NCBI GenBank assembly: GCA_017470115.1 | Contig: JAFUEZ010000003.1 | Location: 173,064-237,063 of the forward strand | Direction: 5' to 3' | Length of the DNA stretch: 64,000 bases | Source of the DNA: Bacilli bacterium | GTDB taxonomy: Bacteria > Bacillota_I > Bacilli_A > RFN20 > CAG-826 | In this document: positions 45,961-56,008 of the stretch, in pieces | How the letters are laid out: every line of letters starts with the position of its first letter | How positions within the stretch are numbered: position 1 is the stretch's first letter | Notes under the pieces: model-generated | Database searches by the model: none | What the model was told of the DNA's origin: nothing | The model's input: the letters and a program-made list of their open reading frames with translations, nothing else | Made by a program: the position numbers and the translations under genes

Positions 45961-47608
45961 AAAAATAAAATTTAGTAGGACATTCTTTATTGTAACCGGA
46001 GTCGCCTTCGGTTTTTTAGCGATTTCAATAGGAACACTCGTTGCTTATAAATATGCATTTATCGCTAATTCTATCACCAATTCTTTGCGAGAAGCTGATG
46101 ATGAAAGTGATCGCACTTATAAAGAATTAACAGATGATATTGTTACTTATCAAAATACTGTTTTTAGTGAGGACTTTTTAACAAGATTCAAATTATCAGT
46201 TGATAAGGAGAATTATTTAACTGGATATTTAAATAGTAGAGCACTTTCAAGTTCAATCGCTTATTCAGTTTCTTTAGTTTATGAAAACCAATTCTATTCA
46301 AGTACAAGCGATTATGTCTATATCACCTCTACTGATTTGAAAAAAGTTGATAGCGAAGGTAAAGCTTATTTACTTGGAAGATATTTGTATAGAGACAATC
46401 TTTATTCAACTATTTTAGGTTATAAAAGTAGTGATGTAATTTGTCTTTATTATTTGAATGAAGATTCATTTGCGGTTTATCTAGATAAAAGCAATCCAAA
46501 TATTCAGACATTTTTAACTACGCTTGATGGAAATGCTTATATTTCAACTACAGATAGAATAGAAGATTTTGAACTTAGTAAGAATTTAAAAAACGAAAGT
46601 TCCAAATGGATTTTTGTTAACGGTAAAAGATACTATTATTTAAGGGTAAAAAGTGAATTCACTTCTGATTTATTTAATCTAGATTTATATTTTGGCCATT
46701 TTGTCGATTATTATTATGCTTTTTTAACGATTGATCTTGCTATTATTCTTGTTTCTATTTTGGCGTTTGGTGTTGCTCTTTTTACTATAATTACATCTTT
46801 AATTAATATTAAGAGGAGCGTTAAACCTGTTAAAGAAATATCAAATGAAATTAGAAATCTTGATTTGGAAAATATTGAAAACGAAAATGCTGTTTATACA
46901 GATATAAAAGAAGACGTTGAAATTTTACACAATTCTTATTTAGATATGGTTACGCGTATTCAAAACTTAATTGCTAAGCAAAAACTTGATAGTGAAATCC
47001 AACGTAAACTTGAATATGATGCTCTTCAAATGCAGATCAATCCACATTTTCTTTATAACGCACTAGATTGTGCAGTCTGGATGGCACGTATTTATAATAT
47101 TCCTGAACTTGAAGAGTTTATAATTTCACTTGCTAGATTCTATCGTTTATCGCTTCATAAAGGAGCTAAATATATTAAGGTAAGTGAAGAATTAGATATT
47201 GTTAAATATTTCTTAGATATTCAAAAAACTAGAAGTGATATCAACCTTAAATATGAAATTAATTTAGCTAATGAAGTAGAAGATTGCTTAACTTTAAAGC
47301 TGATTCTGCAGCCTTTTGTCGAAAATTGTACGAAATATGCCTTCGTTGGAAATTCAGAAAATAATCTAATCACAATTGATGCATATGGGGAAGAAGACAA
47401 TATTATATTTGAAATTAAAGATAATGGAGTTGGCTTTGATACTGAAAAATTAGATAAACTTCAAAGTAGTGAAGCAAAGAATGGATTTGGTATCAAAAAC
47501 GTTAGAGATAGATTAAATCTCGAATACAAAGAAAAGGCAAATGTTGAGATATATTCAACCCCTGGGAAGGGTACTTTAATTAAGATTTCAATTCCAAAGA
47601 CATTCTAA
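45953..47608 (+). CDS. YesM-like sensor histidine kinase (2 TM, extracellular sensor, His_kinase + HATPase)
   Basis: NPHFLYNALD motif of the LytS/YesM kinase family; GFGIKNVRDRL; overlaps the regulator's stop. Confidence 0.75.
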   Translation: MLKKIKFSRTFFIVTGVAFGFLAISIGTLVAYKYAFIANSITNSLREADDESDRTYKELTDDIVTYQNTVFSEDFLTRFKLSVDKENYLTGYLNSRALSSSIAYSVSLVYENQFYSSTSDYVYITSTDLKKVDSEGKAYLLGRYLYRDNLYSTILGYKSSDVICLYYLNEDSFAVYLDKSNPNIQTFLTTLDGNAYISTTDRIEDFELSKNLKNESSKWIFVNGKRYYYLRVKSEFTSDLFNLDLYFGHFVDYYYAFLTIDLAIILVSILAFGVALFTIITSLINIKRSVKPVKEISNEIRNLDLENIENENAVYTDIKEDVEILHNSYLDMVTRIQNLIAKQKLDSEIQRKLEYDALQMQINPHFLYNALDCAVWMARIYNIPELEEFIISLARFYRLSLHKGAKYIKVSEELDIVKYFLDIQKTRSDINLKYEINLANEVEDCLTLKLILQPFVENCTKYAFVGNSENNLITIDAYGEEDNIIFEIKDNGVGFDTEKLDKLQSSEAKNGFGIKNVRDRLNLEYKEKANVEIYSTPGKGTLIKISIPKTF

Positions 47609-48530
47609 TTTTTGCGTTAATTTCTTCAAGCGGAGCATATGTCTTTCTTGAATAATATTTAGCAAATAAATAGAAAAGTCCCACAAGAACGACAAAAGCA
47701 GCAAATGAAATTAAATTAAGTGTAACTAGAGGAGTGACAAGTGTATTTTTAACTCTAAACTCTAAATATAAATCATTAAATATTTTGTAACGGACTTTTT
47801 CTAAGTTACCAATGTTTAAAGTATCTTTAATATTGAATAATTCGATATTGCTATTTGATATTTCACAAAAAAATCCATAATTATTATTAACATCGATATT
47901 GTTGTTGATAATCACTGTATTTAAATATGTAGGATCAAATTCTACTGATAGTAAACCTATAAAATGATGAGTATCATCGTATATTTTTCTAAAAGCGGTT
48001 AAAGCTCTAAGTGGTGGTTTTGATTCGCTAGCGTAATCTCCAATTAATCCTTTATCACGCAAAATAACTCGAGATTCACCAGAAGAGATTAAAAACATTT
48101 TTGTCTCCAAATATTCATATAAACTATCTAAAGAATTTTGCTCAATAATGTTATTTGAATGAAGAGCAGGTAAATTTTCTCTCACAGGAAAAAGGGAAAC
48201 TCCAAGAACACCTTGAACTGTTGTTTCTCTAATATTTAAAAGAGAAGTAATAGTATCTTCGAGTTCATCGTTTCCAAGCAAATAGTTAGTAACATCATTT
48301 GATAGCGCAATTGAGTTATTAAAAGAAAGATTAATTTCAATGTAATGATTTAAACTCATAAGAGCTTTTCTTTGTTCGTTTTCTACCCTTGAATTAATAA
48401 CTTCTGGAATTGTAATAATAGCTGTTAAGTTTATTGAAAAAGTGACAACACCAAAAAGAATCGCAAAAGGAATAAATAGCGATCGGAAAAATCTTTGAGT
48501 CGATTTCTTAAATAAAAGCTCTTTTTTCAT
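47580..48530 (-). pseudogene. N-terminal (TM-sensor-TM) fragment of a second YesM-like sensor kinase, truncated before the kinase core; antisense-overlaps the 3' end of 45953..47608 by 29 nt
   Basis: MKKELLFKKSTQRFFRSLFIPFAILFGVVTFSI... (TM1), sensor region, ...LNLISFAAFVVLVGLFYLF (TM2), then ends; no HFLYN/HATPase region follows. Confidence 0.35.
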
Positions 48531-48698
48531 TGTCCTAATTATAACTTTTCTTTGTGCAAAAAGAAAAAAATTAAATGTGTTTACCTATGGTTTGTAATAC
48601 TGCAAAATAGGCTTTGCTAACTGCAATAGATTATACAAGTAATTTTAATATTTATAATATTAAATCACTAAGATAAAAGTTTAAAACAGAAAATTAAC

Positions 48699-50960
48699 AT
48701 GAAAAAGCAAATCAGCAATTTATTTTGTGGATTGATGCTCCTCTCTTCATTCAGTTTAGCTTCGTGTGCAACTAACTTACCAGATGAAGAAGAAAAAGGG
48801 GAAATAATTAATCACAGACTCTATGATTTTAAAGCTCAAGTGAATCAAAATCGTAGTTATGATATAGAATTTAAATGTGATGATGCATTAAATTCTTCTT
48901 TTTCATTTTTTGTTTCTGAAGATAAAAATGTTGATAATGATGATGTAAAAGTAGATGTCATTAAAAAAGAAGCCAGTTATCAATTTGAATATAACTCCTT
49001 ATTTAGTAATTTCTATCTTTTAGCTCAAAATAATGAATCAAATCATGTCGAAGGAGTTGGTTCAATTCAACTTCCATCAATTAATTTGATTATTAATGAA
49101 GATGATACTCGAGATGAAATTAGTGAAGTAATTACTTTTGATACCCTTCATGATGGTAAAGATTTTGGAGCATATTTAGATTTTGATACATTTAAAATTT
49201 ATCGCTCTGAAAAAGATGTTTTTGATATAGGCGAAGCAGAAATAGTTGTTAATGATGGCTCAATTTTTAATGAAAAAGAGAAATTTGTCGTTACAAAAAA
49301 CACTAAAAATAATTATTTCTATACTGTAACTTATGGCACCACTGAAGTAATTTCTGGAGCTTATAAGGCAGGAGAAGAAGTTAAGCCAGATGGAGTAAAC
49401 ATTTCAAATTTATTAGTTAAGGATGATTCTATCTCGCTTGAAGGAACTCTTGAAAATGATCTTAATCACGTCAATTTTGGAATCATAAATAATAATGATT
49501 ATGTTAGCAAATATTCTAAAGGTGAAATTAAAAATAATGAATTTACAATCGATTTTGATTTGAGTCAACTCACTGATACAAGCGAAACTTATGATGTATT
49601 TTTATCAACTTGTGGTGGTTTATTCTCACGAATTGATTATTCATTTGTTGATGAAAGTGATAGATATACTCAAATCGGTTCTAATGTCTTGACTTTGATT
49701 GACGTTAATGGGAATTTAGGAATTAGTTTAAAAAAGAAAAAAGATATTAATATTGTTGAAGCAACATTTGCAAAAAACGATGAGGGTCATGTTGTTTTTA
49801 AGACATTTGGTATATTTGATAAAACTCAATTATCTAGTGCAATCGAATCACCAAAACTTGCTATTTATAATAAGCAATATGGTGTAAATGATGTTAAGAC
49901 TTTTGACGTAACAATTGATGAAGAAAACGGCCTTTTTAGCGTTGATGCAGATCTTAATAGACTAGAAAAAGAAGGATATTGGTATGATATTTCGCTTTAT
50001 TTAGATGGTAGACTTCAAGGAAATGAATTCATCAATGAGCCAACTTATACATATAAAATTGCTGATTGTAATAATATCGATCAATTAATTAGTGACGAAA
50101 TAAGTTTCAAAGCTTTTAATTTTGAAAATTATGAAGATGGGTTAAAAATCTGTTTTAGAGATAGCACAAATTATATAAAAGAAATAAATTTTGTACATGA
50201 AGATGAGATTATTTATCTCAATTTCAAAGGTGTATATACAAAATCTGATTCTTCATATTTATCGATTTTTAGAGGTTCTATAAGCGATAGAATCGATGAA
50301 AGAAGAGCAATTGTTTCAGTTGATGAAAATAAAAACTTTGAAGCAAAAATAAGAATTGATAATATCCAAGACGTTTCACACTATAGTATTTTCTGGTTCT
50401 ATGGCTCAAGTAGTATTGAACTTACTAGTAGAACTTATGGTGATAGACCAACCATTTTAACTAGTGATGAAAATAATTATTTATACTCAATTGTTAGTGA
50501 AACTTTGAATTCAACAAACTACTATAAATTATTAAAAGATAACGAAATTTCTAAATTAAATTATGTTGAATTTGTAGGTGAAGAAGACTCTTATTTAAAT
50601 ATTAAAGGCATTATAAGCAAAGAAATTCAAAATAAAGAATTATTTGTTGTTTTAGAACCTCAAAAATCGAGTGAAGGAATCATTTATAACCCAATAAGTG
50701 TCGATGAAAATCGTAATTTTTCTTGCTCAATAAATTTAAAAACAATTTCAAAAAAATACATATATTATTCGTTTAAACTTGTTGAATTTGTTGATTTACA
50801 ATTCCAAGAATTATCTAAATCTGGTTTCTATTTCTTGGATCAAAACTTACCAGATCAATATAGTTCTCACAATCAACTTATCACAGAAAAAGGAACGTAT
50901 AGACTTAATGCCTCTCAAGTTGAAGGAACATTAAATAGATTACGTCTCTTCTTATCTTAA
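48699..50960 (+). CDS. Large lipoprotein of unknown function with internal beta-sandwich-like repeats
   Basis: Lipobox LASCATN; 753 aa. Confidence 0.55.
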   Translation: MKKQISNLFCGLMLLSSFSLASCATNLPDEEEKGEIINHRLYDFKAQVNQNRSYDIEFKCDDALNSSFSFFVSEDKNVDNDDVKVDVIKKEASYQFEYNSLFSNFYLLAQNNESNHVEGVGSIQLPSINLIINEDDTRDEISEVITFDTLHDGKDFGAYLDFDTFKIYRSEKDVFDIGEAEIVVNDGSIFNEKEKFVVTKNTKNNYFYTVTYGTTEVISGAYKAGEEVKPDGVNISNLLVKDDSISLEGTLENDLNHVNFGIINNNDYVSKYSKGEIKNNEFTIDFDLSQLTDTSETYDVFLSTCGGLFSRIDYSFVDESDRYTQIGSNVLTLIDVNGNLGISLKKKKDINIVEATFAKNDEGHVVFKTFGIFDKTQLSSAIESPKLAIYNKQYGVNDVKTFDVTIDEENGLFSVDADLNRLEKEGYWYDISLYLDGRLQGNEFINEPTYTYKIADCNNIDQLISDEISFKAFNFENYEDGLKICFRDSTNYIKEINFVHEDEIIYLNFKGVYTKSDSSYLSIFRGSISDRIDERRAIVSVDENKNFEAKIRIDNIQDVSHYSIFWFYGSSSIELTSRTYGDRPTILTSDENNYLYSIVSETLNSTNYYKLLKDNEISKLNYVEFVGEEDSYLNIKGIISKEIQNKELFVVLEPQKSSEGIIYNPISVDENRNFSCSINLKTISKKYIYYSFKLVEFVDLQFQELSKSGFYFLDQNLPDQYSSHNQLITEKGTYRLNASQVEGTLNRLRLFLS

Positions 50961-51018
50961 TTTAGTAAAAACTTTAATTTCAAATTAAAGAGAAATATAA
51001 AAGAAAGGATTAATTTTT

Positions 51019-54000
51019 ATGGGAAAAATTAGTACAAAGCAAATCGTTCTAACCATTGCAGCAGCTGCAACACTTGGTATTGTTGGTGCCGCAAACGGTG
51101 TTGCATTTAGTTATGCTGGTATTATTGACCACGCATTAAACGGACAATCTAGAGAAATCGATAGTGAAGCTTTTGAAGAAGTAAGCGCACAATCTGGTGA
51201 ACTCGTTAAAAAGATTGCAGAAGAAGGTATCGCTCTTGTTCGTAACGAAAATAAAGCATTACCTCTAGATTTAGGTGAAGAAAAACGTATTAATGTCTTT
51301 GGTTGGGCATCAACTGATAACGGTTTCTTACTTAAGGGTATTGGTAGTGGATCTTCAACAATTCAAGCCGATAAAACAGTTACTCTTTTAGGTGCATTGA
51401 GAGCTAAAGGCATTGAATACAATACTGAGCTTATTCAAATGTATGAAAATTACTACAAAGGTAATTTCAGTTTTGCAACAGGCAACTCTTCACGTCAATA
51501 TATTATTGAGCCACCTCAATCAAATTACACTGAAGCAATCATTAATAACGCAGTTGATTTTTCAGATGTAGCTCTTGTTACGATTTCAAGAGTCGCAGGT
51601 GAAAATATTGGTGAAATTCCTCAAACACAAAGAAAATTAGGTGCTGGTGTTTCAACTGATAATAGCCGTCACTATCTTCAAATTTCAAAGGAAGAAGAAG
51701 ATCTCATTAAAATGTGCAAAGAGAACTTCGACAAAGTTATCGTCATCATTAACTCTTCAAACCAAATGGAACTTGGTTTCTTAGAAAAATATGATGTTGA
51801 TGCATGTTTAAATGTTGGTTTAATGGGCCAAAACGGTGCCGAAGCAATTCCTGAAATTTTACTTGGTGAAGTCAACCCATCAGGTAGATTAACGGATACT
51901 CACGCATACGATTATAAGGCTGCCCCTTCATATAAAAACTATTTACGTCAAGGAAGCCATATTCAATATGTTGAAGATATTTATTTTGGTTATAAATATT
52001 ATGAAACAGCTGATGTTGAAGGCTTATTTGATGATGTAGATAACGAATATGGCCAAGGATATGATGGCGTTGTTCAATATCCATTTGGTTATGGTTTAAG
52101 CTATACAACATTTGAATGGAAACTTACTAATTCTAACCTAACATCAATTACAAATTTAACAAAAGATACCAAGATTGAACTTGAATTCTCATGTACAAAT
52201 ACTGGTAATGTTGCTGGTAAAGATGTCATGCAAATCTATGTTGAAGCACCATTTAATGGTGAAGTTGAAAAAGCTGCAATTCAACTTGTAGATTTTGAAA
52301 AAACCGCTCTAATCCCAGCTGGTCAAACACAAACTGGTATTAAATTCTCAATTGATCCATATTACTTTGCATCATTTGATTGCTACGATAGAAACGAAAA
52401 CGGTGAAGCAACATTTGAGCTTGATAAAGGTAATTACAATTTACGCTTTATGGAAAATGCTCATGTTGCTAAAAAGATGGAAGCAGGAGAAGCAAATCAA
52501 TACACATTAAAAGTTAATGAAATCCAAGTTTATGATAAAGACCCTGTTACTGGGAATGAAGTTAAAACAAGATTAACAGGTAGTGATGCTTATAGTGGTG
52601 TACCTCTTGATGGAAGCACAATTTCAAATAATCCAACTCCATATTTAACTCGTGATACTATGTCAACTGGCGCTCAAAGAATGCCTTCTTCATTTATCAA
52701 TTCAGTTGTTACAACAGCTAATAACTTCACAAACCACTCATTTGATCAAGACTCTATGCCAATAACAAGCGCAAATAATGGATTATATATTAAAAAGACA
52801 ACAAGTGGTGGTAAAGCATCTTCTCAACAATTAAATACTGTTAATAATCCAAATACAGTATTTGATGAAGATTTAATTGAAGATATCGCTGCTGATTATG
52901 ATAGCGAAGAATTAACAAAATTAATCGATCAATTATCAGCTGATGATGCATGCTACATTGTTGAAAACTGTGGTTTTGGTACTCCAGCAATCGAATCAAT
53001 TGGTAAAGAAAAAACATACGATTTTGATGGTCCTGCAGGATTCAATACAACAGTTCAAGGATTTGGTTCAACAGCTCTCTGGACAGCATTCCCATCAGAG
53101 ACATTAGTTGGTCAAACCTTTGATAAATTCTTAGCAAAACAAATGGGTTTAGCAGTTGGTTATGAAGGAAAAGCTACTGGTGTTGCTGGATGGTATGCAC
53201 CTGGATGTAACTTACACAGATCACCATTTAATGCTAGAAACTATGAATATTATTCAGAAGACCCAATTTTAAGTGGTTACCTTACAGCAAATGTTGTTGA
53301 AGGTGCAAGAGCAAATGGTGTTTATGCCTACGTTAAACATTTCTGTTTATCAGAACCTGGTGAAAACGCTAGAAACTTAAATACATGGTTAACTGAACAA
53401 AATTATCGTGAAAATTATATGAGACCATTTGAACTTGCAGTTAAAGTTGGTGGTGCAAATGCTATGATGACAGCATTCAACTCTGTTGGAGGATGTTGGG
53501 CTGGTGCAAACTATGCTCAAAACGTTGAAATCCTTAGAGGTGAATGGGGATTCAGAGGAACACTTTTAACTGACTGGTCAACTGGTGATGGAAATATGAA
53601 TGGACCACGTGGTGTTAGAGCAGGTAACGACATTTGGTTAAATCCTAACACAGGTTCAATGGCTTCAAAATTATCAAGATCAAATGCAACAGATGTATAT
53701 TGTGCAAAACAAGCTGCACGTAATGTTGTTTATACATTCTGTTCAACATATCAATACGCAAAAACATACGATCACTCAAACGATATTATGAACGTTGAAA
53801 TCGGTAAAGCAGTTGTTAAAGAAAACTTCTCATGGTGGAGACCAGTAGTCTTTGCTATCGATGGGTTAGCAGTTGTTGGTGTTGGCGTATGGATGTTCTT
53901 CACTTGGAAAGGTAAAAAAGTAGTTTCTGGTGGAAGTGCTTTAGAACAAGCAGGTGAACAAAATATCGATTTAAATAATGAAGCTTTAGATGCCTCAGAA

Positions 54001-54042
54001 ACAAATGTTGATTTTTCTGAAGGCGATGGCGGAGCTGAATAA
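51019..54042 (+). CDS. Glycoside hydrolase family 3, membrane-anchored (paralog 3), with acidic C-terminal tail
   Basis: VKHFCLSEPGENARN, RGTLLTDWSTGDG, QYPFGYGLSYTTF; C-terminal TM VVFAIDGLAVVGVGVWMFF followed by a cytoplasmic tail. Confidence 0.75.
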   Translation: MGKISTKQIVLTIAAAATLGIVGAANGVAFSYAGIIDHALNGQSREIDSEAFEEVSAQSGELVKKIAEEGIALVRNENKALPLDLGEEKRINVFGWASTDNGFLLKGIGSGSSTIQADKTVTLLGALRAKGIEYNTELIQMYENYYKGNFSFATGNSSRQYIIEPPQSNYTEAIINNAVDFSDVALVTISRVAGENIGEIPQTQRKLGAGVSTDNSRHYLQISKEEEDLIKMCKENFDKVIVIINSSNQMELGFLEKYDVDACLNVGLMGQNGAEAIPEILLGEVNPSGRLTDTHAYDYKAAPSYKNYLRQGSHIQYVEDIYFGYKYYETADVEGLFDDVDNEYGQGYDGVVQYPFGYGLSYTTFEWKLTNSNLTSITNLTKDTKIELEFSCTNTGNVAGKDVMQIYVEAPFNGEVEKAAIQLVDFEKTALIPAGQTQTGIKFSIDPYYFASFDCYDRNENGEATFELDKGNYNLRFMENAHVAKKMEAGEANQYTLKVNEIQVYDKDPVTGNEVKTRLTGSDAYSGVPLDGSTISNNPTPYLTRDTMSTGAQRMPSSFINSVVTTANNFTNHSFDQDSMPITSANNGLYIKKTTSGGKASSQQLNTVNNPNTVFDEDLIEDIAADYDSEELTKLIDQLSADDACYIVENCGFGTPAIESIGKEKTYDFDGPAGFNTTVQGFGSTALWTAFPSETLVGQTFDKFLAKQMGLAVGYEGKATGVAGWYAPGCNLHRSPFNARNYEYYSEDPILSGYLTANVVEGARANGVYAYVKHFCLSEPGENARNLNTWLTEQNYRENYMRPFELAVKVGGANAMMTAFNSVGGCWAGANYAQNVEILRGEWGFRGTLLTDWSTGDGNMNGPRGVRAGNDIWLNPNTGSMASKLSRSNATDVYCAKQAARNVVYTFCSTYQYAKTYDHSNDIMNVEIGKAVVKENFSWWRPVVFAIDGLAVVGVGVWMFFTWKGKKVVSGGSALEQAGEQNIDLNNEALDASETNVDFSEGDGGAE

Positions 54043-54059
54043 AAAAGGAGACTAATATA

Positions 54060-55949
54060 ATGAAAAAAAGAAGATTAATCGGTGCTTTAGCTTTAAGTGC
54101 AGTATTACTTGGTGGCTCATTAACCGCTTGTGGAGGTGGTGATGGAGATGGATCAGGTCAAACAACTGGTCAAAAATTCAAAGTAACTTATGCAGAAAGT
54201 GAAGATTACAAAGTCGAAGGTCTTAAAGCAGAATATAAGGCCGGAGATGAAGTTAGCTTTACAGTTGAAGTTTTAAACCCAAAGAAAACACTTAGTTCAG
54301 TTAGAGCAGGAACAATCAGACCAACAAAAAAAGACGGAGTTTATTCTTTTGAAATGCCTGAAGAAGATGTTGAAATTAGAATTGTTTTAGCTGATAAAGT
54401 TGCTCCAGAATTTAAAGCAAGTTATGTTGGAACAACTGAAATCGGTTCAACATTAACATTCAGCGCAACAGCAGATGAAGAGGCTGTTAGTGATTTCACT
54501 CTTACAGCAACTGCTGGTGCAAGTTTAGTCACAATTAGTGGAAAAACAGTAAAACTTAATGCTGCTGGTGATGTCACAATTAAAGTCAGCGCAAAAGTTA
54601 ATGAATTTGATGTATCAGCTGATGTAAGTTTCACAATTTTACCTGATGAAGCTTCACTTGGAACAAATATTACATTTGAAAAGAAGACATTTGTCTTTGG
54701 TACAGAAGATGCTTCAAAACGTGATAAAGCTGCTTGGAAATATTGGGCAGGTGATGGCGGAAACGTCGCTCAACATGCTTATGATCCTGCTAGTGATGAA
54801 TATTCAGTAACTTATTCAGTTGGTTGGGCATTCTATGGTGTTCAATTCTTCTACACACTTCCTTATGCAGAAGCAGGTGAAAACTATAAAGCTAGATGGG
54901 AAATTGAAACAGATGCTGCTGGAACAATTACAGTATCAGGAAAACAAATTGCTCTTGTTGTTGGTAAAAATGTTCTTGATTTAGATCTTACACAAGGAAA
55001 TGGCGCTACAGTTAGTGTCCAACTTGGATATATGGATGGTACAACGCACGTTGGTATGCCAGGTGGAACATTAAAATTCAAAGGCATTAAAATTTATGAT
55101 GTTGATACAACTCACGTTTATCAAGATGTTACCTTCAAAGATGGTTCAACAGTTTTAAGAAGCATCAAAGTTAGAGATGGTAAGACTGTTGAAGCTCCAG
55201 AAGCTCCAGCAAAACAAAATTTAGTTTTCAAAAACTGGACAGATGGTGATGTTGTTTATTCTGACAGTTTGGCTATTACAAAAGCATATAATTTCACTGC
55301 AAATTATGTTGAAAAATCAGATGCAACAATTAAGAAAGTTACATTAATGTTAAATGGTAATAAACTTACTGAAGTTGAAGTTGCAACAGGTGCAGTCCTT
55401 GTCCTTCCAGAGAACTTAAATTATGGATTTGGTAAAGGTTTAGCAGGCTTATATAGAGATGCAGAATTTACTCAAGCATTTGATTTATCAACTCCAATTA
55501 ATGAATCCATGACACTCTATTGCAAGACTTGGGTCCAATTTGATTCAACATATGCTCATGCAGAAGGTTTAGGTTGGAGTATTCCAACAGAAAGTTTATT
55601 ACATGATGCTGATGGTGGAGCTGTTATTAAATATCATGGTTGGGGTAGTGATGGATGGCACGTCCAAGCTAACTTCAAGAATCCTCCAAAAGGAAATGAT
55701 GGTCAAACAGTTACAATCAACTTCACATATTCAATGAACGTTGCTGGTGGAAATTCACAAGTTTATGATGGTGAACAAAAAGCACAACAAACACTTGAAG
55801 TTGGTACACGTAAAGCTGGTGTCCTCTCATATCCAGGTGGAACACTCAACACTGATGGTGATTACAAACTCACATTCGAATTTGGTGCAATCGAACTCGA
55901 TCTTGAATACGAATTCACCTTACACGACATTTCTGTCACAATTGCTTAA
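54060..55949 (+). CDS. Lipoprotein with Big_2-like and Listeria/Bacteroides (Flg_new) repeats
   Basis: Lipobox SLTACGGGDG; Flg_new-like ...LVFKNWTDGDVVYSDSLAITKAYNFTANYV and ...MTLYCKTW. Confidence 0.55.
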   Translation: MKKRRLIGALALSAVLLGGSLTACGGGDGDGSGQTTGQKFKVTYAESEDYKVEGLKAEYKAGDEVSFTVEVLNPKKTLSSVRAGTIRPTKKDGVYSFEMPEEDVEIRIVLADKVAPEFKASYVGTTEIGSTLTFSATADEEAVSDFTLTATAGASLVTISGKTVKLNAAGDVTIKVSAKVNEFDVSADVSFTILPDEASLGTNITFEKKTFVFGTEDASKRDKAAWKYWAGDGGNVAQHAYDPASDEYSVTYSVGWAFYGVQFFYTLPYAEAGENYKARWEIETDAAGTITVSGKQIALVVGKNVLDLDLTQGNGATVSVQLGYMDGTTHVGMPGGTLKFKGIKIYDVDTTHVYQDVTFKDGSTVLRSIKVRDGKTVEAPEAPAKQNLVFKNWTDGDVVYSDSLAITKAYNFTANYVEKSDATIKKVTLMLNGNKLTEVEVATGAVLVLPENLNYGFGKGLAGLYRDAEFTQAFDLSTPINESMTLYCKTWVQFDSTYAHAEGLGWSIPTESLLHDADGGAVIKYHGWGSDGWHVQANFKNPPKGNDGQTVTINFTYSMNVAGGNSQVYDGEQKAQQTLEVGTRKAGVLSYPGGTLNTDGDYKLTFEFGAIELDLEYEFTLHDISVTIA

Positions 55950-55963
55950 TTAAAAGATTAGAC

Positions 55964-55989
55964 TAAGAGGGGCTTTATGCCTCTCTTAG
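55964..55989 (+). terminator. Hairpin downstream of 54060..55949 (weak terminator, no T-run)
   Basis: taagagagg-ggctttatg-cctctctta. Confidence 0.3.
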
Positions 55990-56008
55990 GTGCTAAATAG
56001 GTAACCTT

